Source: the human T2T-CHM13v2.0 reference genome, Homo sapiens
Assembly (NCBI RefSeq): GCF_009914755.1
Contig: NC_060936.1
Length of the DNA stretch: 64,000 nucleotides
Reading direction: 5' to 3' (one strand)
The translations under genes and the position numbers were made by a program. Numbering within the stretch: the first letter of the stretch is position 1; each line of letters begins with the position of its first letter. Below are positions 58,317-64,000 of the stretch, piece after piece. A model generated the notes under the pieces. The model did no database searches. It was not told the DNA's origin and saw only the letters and a program-made list of their open reading frames with translations.

Positions 58317-59411
58317 GATGTTTAACACTCAGGTGAATGTGTCAACATAAGATTGAGACGTTGCTTTCCAGTAAAAGGGTACCATCCTTTAAATTGTAAA
58401 TACATCTTTACTTCTACAGTTGCAGAAACAGCAATGACTTCATTTTAGATGTGTGTAGATGAACTGCAAGAAGACTAAGGCGTAACAGTGTGAGAGTTCT
58501 GACTTCAGTACGGGACACAGAACCCCCTAGAATCTTGATGATTGAATGAACTTCACTGACTTTCCACAGCACCTTCAATGGATGGTTTTCTGGGATGAAC
58601 TCAATTGTCTGCCCAGTTGTGGGTTTTTCTGACCCACTGCGTGGGGCCAGCAATAGACGGTGCTGACTCCTTGGTAACCACTGTCAGATCCTGGAGGCAA
58701 CAGCCTCCCAAATGTATGACGATAAAGACAGCTGTTGACATCTTGTTGACAGGATTTATGAGAAATTCATACAAATTGATTCACACTTCAACCTTTTGAT
58801 TCTCTTGGGATCTTGAGAGATGTGGCTGAGCCCAGAGAAGAGCTCATCTCAGATGATGTTTAACACTCACCTGAATATGTAACATTAGATTGAGATGTTG
58901 CTTTCTATGAAAAGTGTCGCAACTTTACATAGTATGTTTCTTTTCTAGTTGTAAGACTAGTGATTGACTTAACAATTTAGATTTTTCACAGATGAACTCA
59001 AAGAAGACCACAGCATAACAGTGTTAAGAGTTTTGTCTTAAATATGGGACACTGAACCCACCAGGAACCAGGATGATTGAATGAGCTTAACTGATTTTCC
59101 ACAGTACCTTCAACTGATGGTTTTTCCCGCTGCACAGAATGGTGTGGCCAGCTGTGGATTTTTCTGACCCACGGCCTGGGGCCAGCCATAAAGTGTGCCG
59201 ACTCCTCAGGAACACTCTCCTACCCTGGAGTCAACGTTCTCCCAAGTTATTACAAGGAAGACATCTTGCTGGGAGAATATCATAGAGAAACTTACAGCAA
59301 TTGATTCCCAGTTCAAACTTTTGACCCTTTTCACCATCTGCATAAGAATCCACCTGAATCCGAGTAGGGCTCTGGGAAGCCCCTGCAGTGTGTGTTGCAC
59401 TTAGTACTCAG
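58317..59411 (+). repeat. Diverged tandem duplication (~538 bp period), probably of an exon module
   Basis: gatgtttaacactca at 58317 and 58855; ag|atgaact...aagaagac at 58459 and 58992; ttttctgaccca, ggggccagc and aattgattc shared. Confidence 0.88.
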
Positions 59412-59470
59412 CAGACTGTGTAGGCAAATACCTGCCTTCAGAGGAGATGATATAGAGAGGCAGCAAGTAC

Positions 59471-60745
59471 TGTGTCCGGAATTGGTGGGTTCTTGGTCTC
59501 ACTGACTTCAAAAATGAAGCCGCGGACTCTCGTGGCCAGTGTTACAGTTCTTAAAGGCCCCCTGTCTGGAGTTTGTTACTTCTGATGCTCGGATGTGTTT
59601 GCAGTTTCTTCCTTCCGGTGGGTTTGTGGTCTCGCTGGTTCCAGAGTGAAGCTGCAGACTTTTACAGTGAGTGTTACAGCTCATAAAAGCAGCGTGGACC
59701 CAAAGAATGAGCAGTAGCAAGATTTATTGCAAACAGCAAAAGAATAAAGCTTCCACACTATGAAAACGGGTCGGAGCGGGTTGCCACTACTACCTCTGGC
59801 AGCCTGCTTTTATTCTTATCTGGCCCCACCCACATCCTGCTGATTGGTCCATTTTACAGAGAGCCAATTGGTCCATTTTACAGAGAGCTGATTGGTCCGT
59901 TTTGACAGGGTGCTGATTGGTGCATTTACAATCCCTGAGCTAGACACAAAAGTTCTCCAAGTCCCCACCAGAGTAGCTAGATACAGAGTGTCCATTGGTG
60001 CATTCACAAACCCTGAGCTAGACACAGGGTGCTGATTGGTGTGTTTACAAACCTTGAGCTCTATATAGAGTGCCGATTGGTGTATTTACAATCCCTTAGC
60101 TAGACATAAAGGTTCTCCAAGTCCCCATCAGACTCAGGAGCCCAGCTGGCTTCAGCCAGTGGATTCCGCACGAGGGCCGCAGGTGGAGCTGCCTGCCAGT
60201 CCCGCAAGGTGCGCCCGTGCTCCTCAGCCCTTGGGCAGTCGATGGGACTGGGCGCCGTGGGGCAGGGGGCAGCACTTGTCGGGGAGACTCAGGCAGTGCA
60301 GGAGCCCACGGGGGCGGGGTGGAGGTTGGGGAGACTCAGGCTCAGGCATGGGGGGCTGCAGGTCCCGAGCCCTGCCCCACGGGGATGCAGCTAAGGCCCG
60401 GCGAGAAGTCTAGCACAGCAGCTGCTGGCCCAGGTGCTAAGCCCCTCACTGCCCGGGGCGGCGGTGCCGGCCGGCCGCTCCGAGTGCAGGGCCTGCCGAG
60501 CCCACGCCCACCTGGAACTCGCACTGGCCCGCAAGCGCTGCGCGCAGCCCTGGTTCCTGCTCGCGCCTCTCCCTCCACACCTCTCCACAAGCCGAGGGAG
60601 CCGGCTCCAGTCTTGGCCAGACCAGAAAGGGGCTCCCACAGTGCAGCGGCGGGCTGAAGGGCTCCTCAAGTGCCGCCAAAGTGGGAGCCCAGGCAGAGGA
60701 GGCGCTGAGAGCGAGCGAGGGCTGCTAGCACGCTGTCACCTCTCA
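59471..60745 (-). mobile_element. LTR12 (ERV9; LTR12C/D-like) solo LTR
   Basis: Termini tgtgtccggaattggtggg...gcacgctgtcacctctca; tandem gctgattgg (CCAAT/NF-Y) repeats at ~59840-60080; CpG-rich U3. Confidence 0.95.
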
Positions 60746-60849
60746 CTGGGGGGCCAGGCAGTCCTGCTCTTATCCCAAGTCAGTTTCCCACAGGAGGGAT
60801 CTGCCCAACCTAGTGCTGGCTTTTTCAAGTGCTTCCTTTGCATATTCTA

Positions 60850-62150
<1,301 letters not shown>

Positions 62151-62439
62151 AACAGCTTTCTGGGGCCATTGTTTGCAGACCCCTGAGTTAGGGCATTCTG
62201 TGATGGCTGGGTCAATTTCACTTCAGCATGGTAAGAGGCACGTGACAAAAACTGGCATGAAAGGGGCTGTTGGAACCAAGGGGCAGGAAAGGGCTGCCCT
62301 ATAGGATCCGCCAGAAGACAGACCGGCATTCCACGAAGTGAGCAAATTCCGGAGGAAATAAAGGATTTCCGTTTTAAGGGGTTGGGAGGCAAGAGAAAAG
62401 GCTGAGAGGGTGTGTGTGTCTGAAATGGGGTCTCTGGGT

Positions 62440-62960
62440 GAGAAAACGTGTGAGATAAAGTGCGAGGCTGGAAAAACGCGCACGTGTGCAGGAGGCGGGG
62501 ATCTGCTGCACCGAGTGTGCACATTTGCACGAACCGTGGGGGCGTCTGCGGCTGTGGGTGGAGAGGAAATCCTGGATCACACATCTGAGAGAGGGGGTGT
62601 GGGTGGGAGTGGGAGAGTATGTAAGAGCGTGGGTCGTGACAGGTGAGGGACTTGTGTGTGCAACTGTGCGTCCTGCGAGAGTGAGGAGGTCTCGGACTGA
62701 GGAACTGCGTTCAGTGCTCAGTGGTGAGTTCCCACGCAAGAGCCTGGGGAGTCAACCAGAAAGACCCGAACGCGGGGCGGGCCCAGCGACCTCGGGCGCC
62801 ATCTGCTGATTACCAGACGCCACTACCTGAGAAAGGCCCCTCCAGTCCCCTCATTGCCCAGCTGCGGACCCTAAGCGGAGCCATAACCGTCCTACCAACC
62901 CACGTCAGCAGAAGAGCCCAGTGGGAGGGCGTGTGTTCACTTCTGCTCCTCTGGGCAAAG
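62440..62960. promoter_or_regulatory. CpG-rich regulatory element with a strong CTCF motif
   Basis: GCGCCATCTGCTGA at 62796-62809, GC box GGGGCGGGC near 62774, E-box CACGTG at 62481-62486 and CACGTCA at 62901-62907, in non-repeat CpG-enriched sequence. Confidence 0.55.
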
Positions 62961-63428
62961 ACGCCCAGGTCAGAAACACCCACCCGACCCTCCCACTACC
63001 CAGAGACAGCCCCACCTGCACAGCTCAGAGCAGGACCACTGACCCTCTGGCTCTCCGGTCATATTTGCTATTGAAGACCAGAATAAAGTATTTTTATCAG
63101 GATTGAATACATGACTCATGAATGAATAAATTCATTCTCCTTACATATCGGTTCCTATTGAGAAATATGGTGGCTAGAATTTATTTCCTCCGGAAAGAGG
63201 AATAAATGTGGAGCCCCTGGGTTTGGTGCTATTTATTACCCATTTCTCTGATGTTGTAAGAAAAGAGAGATTCAGAAGAAATATCACATTTCAGCCCCGA
63301 ACTTACGTAGCTTGCTGCCGTTCTAGGTGATTTACTTAGATTGGCTTCTGCATTTTGACAAATGAGGAAATTGGGAGAATTAAAGCCTCTGGTTTTAAAG
63401 CCTGCTGCTGGGTCAAGTAGAACTGTGA

Positions 63429-64000
<572 letters not shown>

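Noticed and set aside
59467-60749. LTR12 flanks (gtac versus ctgg) do not form a clean 4-bp TSD, suggesting LTR-LTR recombination
   Set aside because: An overlapping actg/actg reading is possible if the termini are shifted, so the evidence is ambiguous.

Overview
Human (AluYb8 and SVA present) genomic DNA, recognisable as the 5' end of OASL and the region upstream of it (by recall chr12q24.31, towards P2RX7). The only intact coding sequence is OASL exon 1 (minus strand, 4376-4573), with ISRE-like promoter motifs. About 16-22 kb upstream on the same strand lie exons 1 and 2 of the unitary pseudogene OASL2P. It keeps its splice sites, all three OAS catalytic aspartates and a consensus tandem ISRE plus an NF-kB site, but is broken by a templated inverted insertion, a nonsense codon and a 1-nt deletion. 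The rest is very repeat-rich: dozens of Alus, L2/MIR, nested MaLR/ERV LTRs, and a ~13 kb ancient L1 hosting a full-length SVA and a PPDPF retrocopy that appears to lack the ATG exon. The 51-59.5 kb block holds old tandem duplications that look like decayed exon modules, a possible FRG2-like relic, a MER41 LTR and an LTR12 pointing towards OASL2P/OASL, followed by a CpG-rich CTCF-motif element. Gene and family identifications come from recalled sequences, not database searches; repeat boundaries are approximate unless TSDs are quoted.
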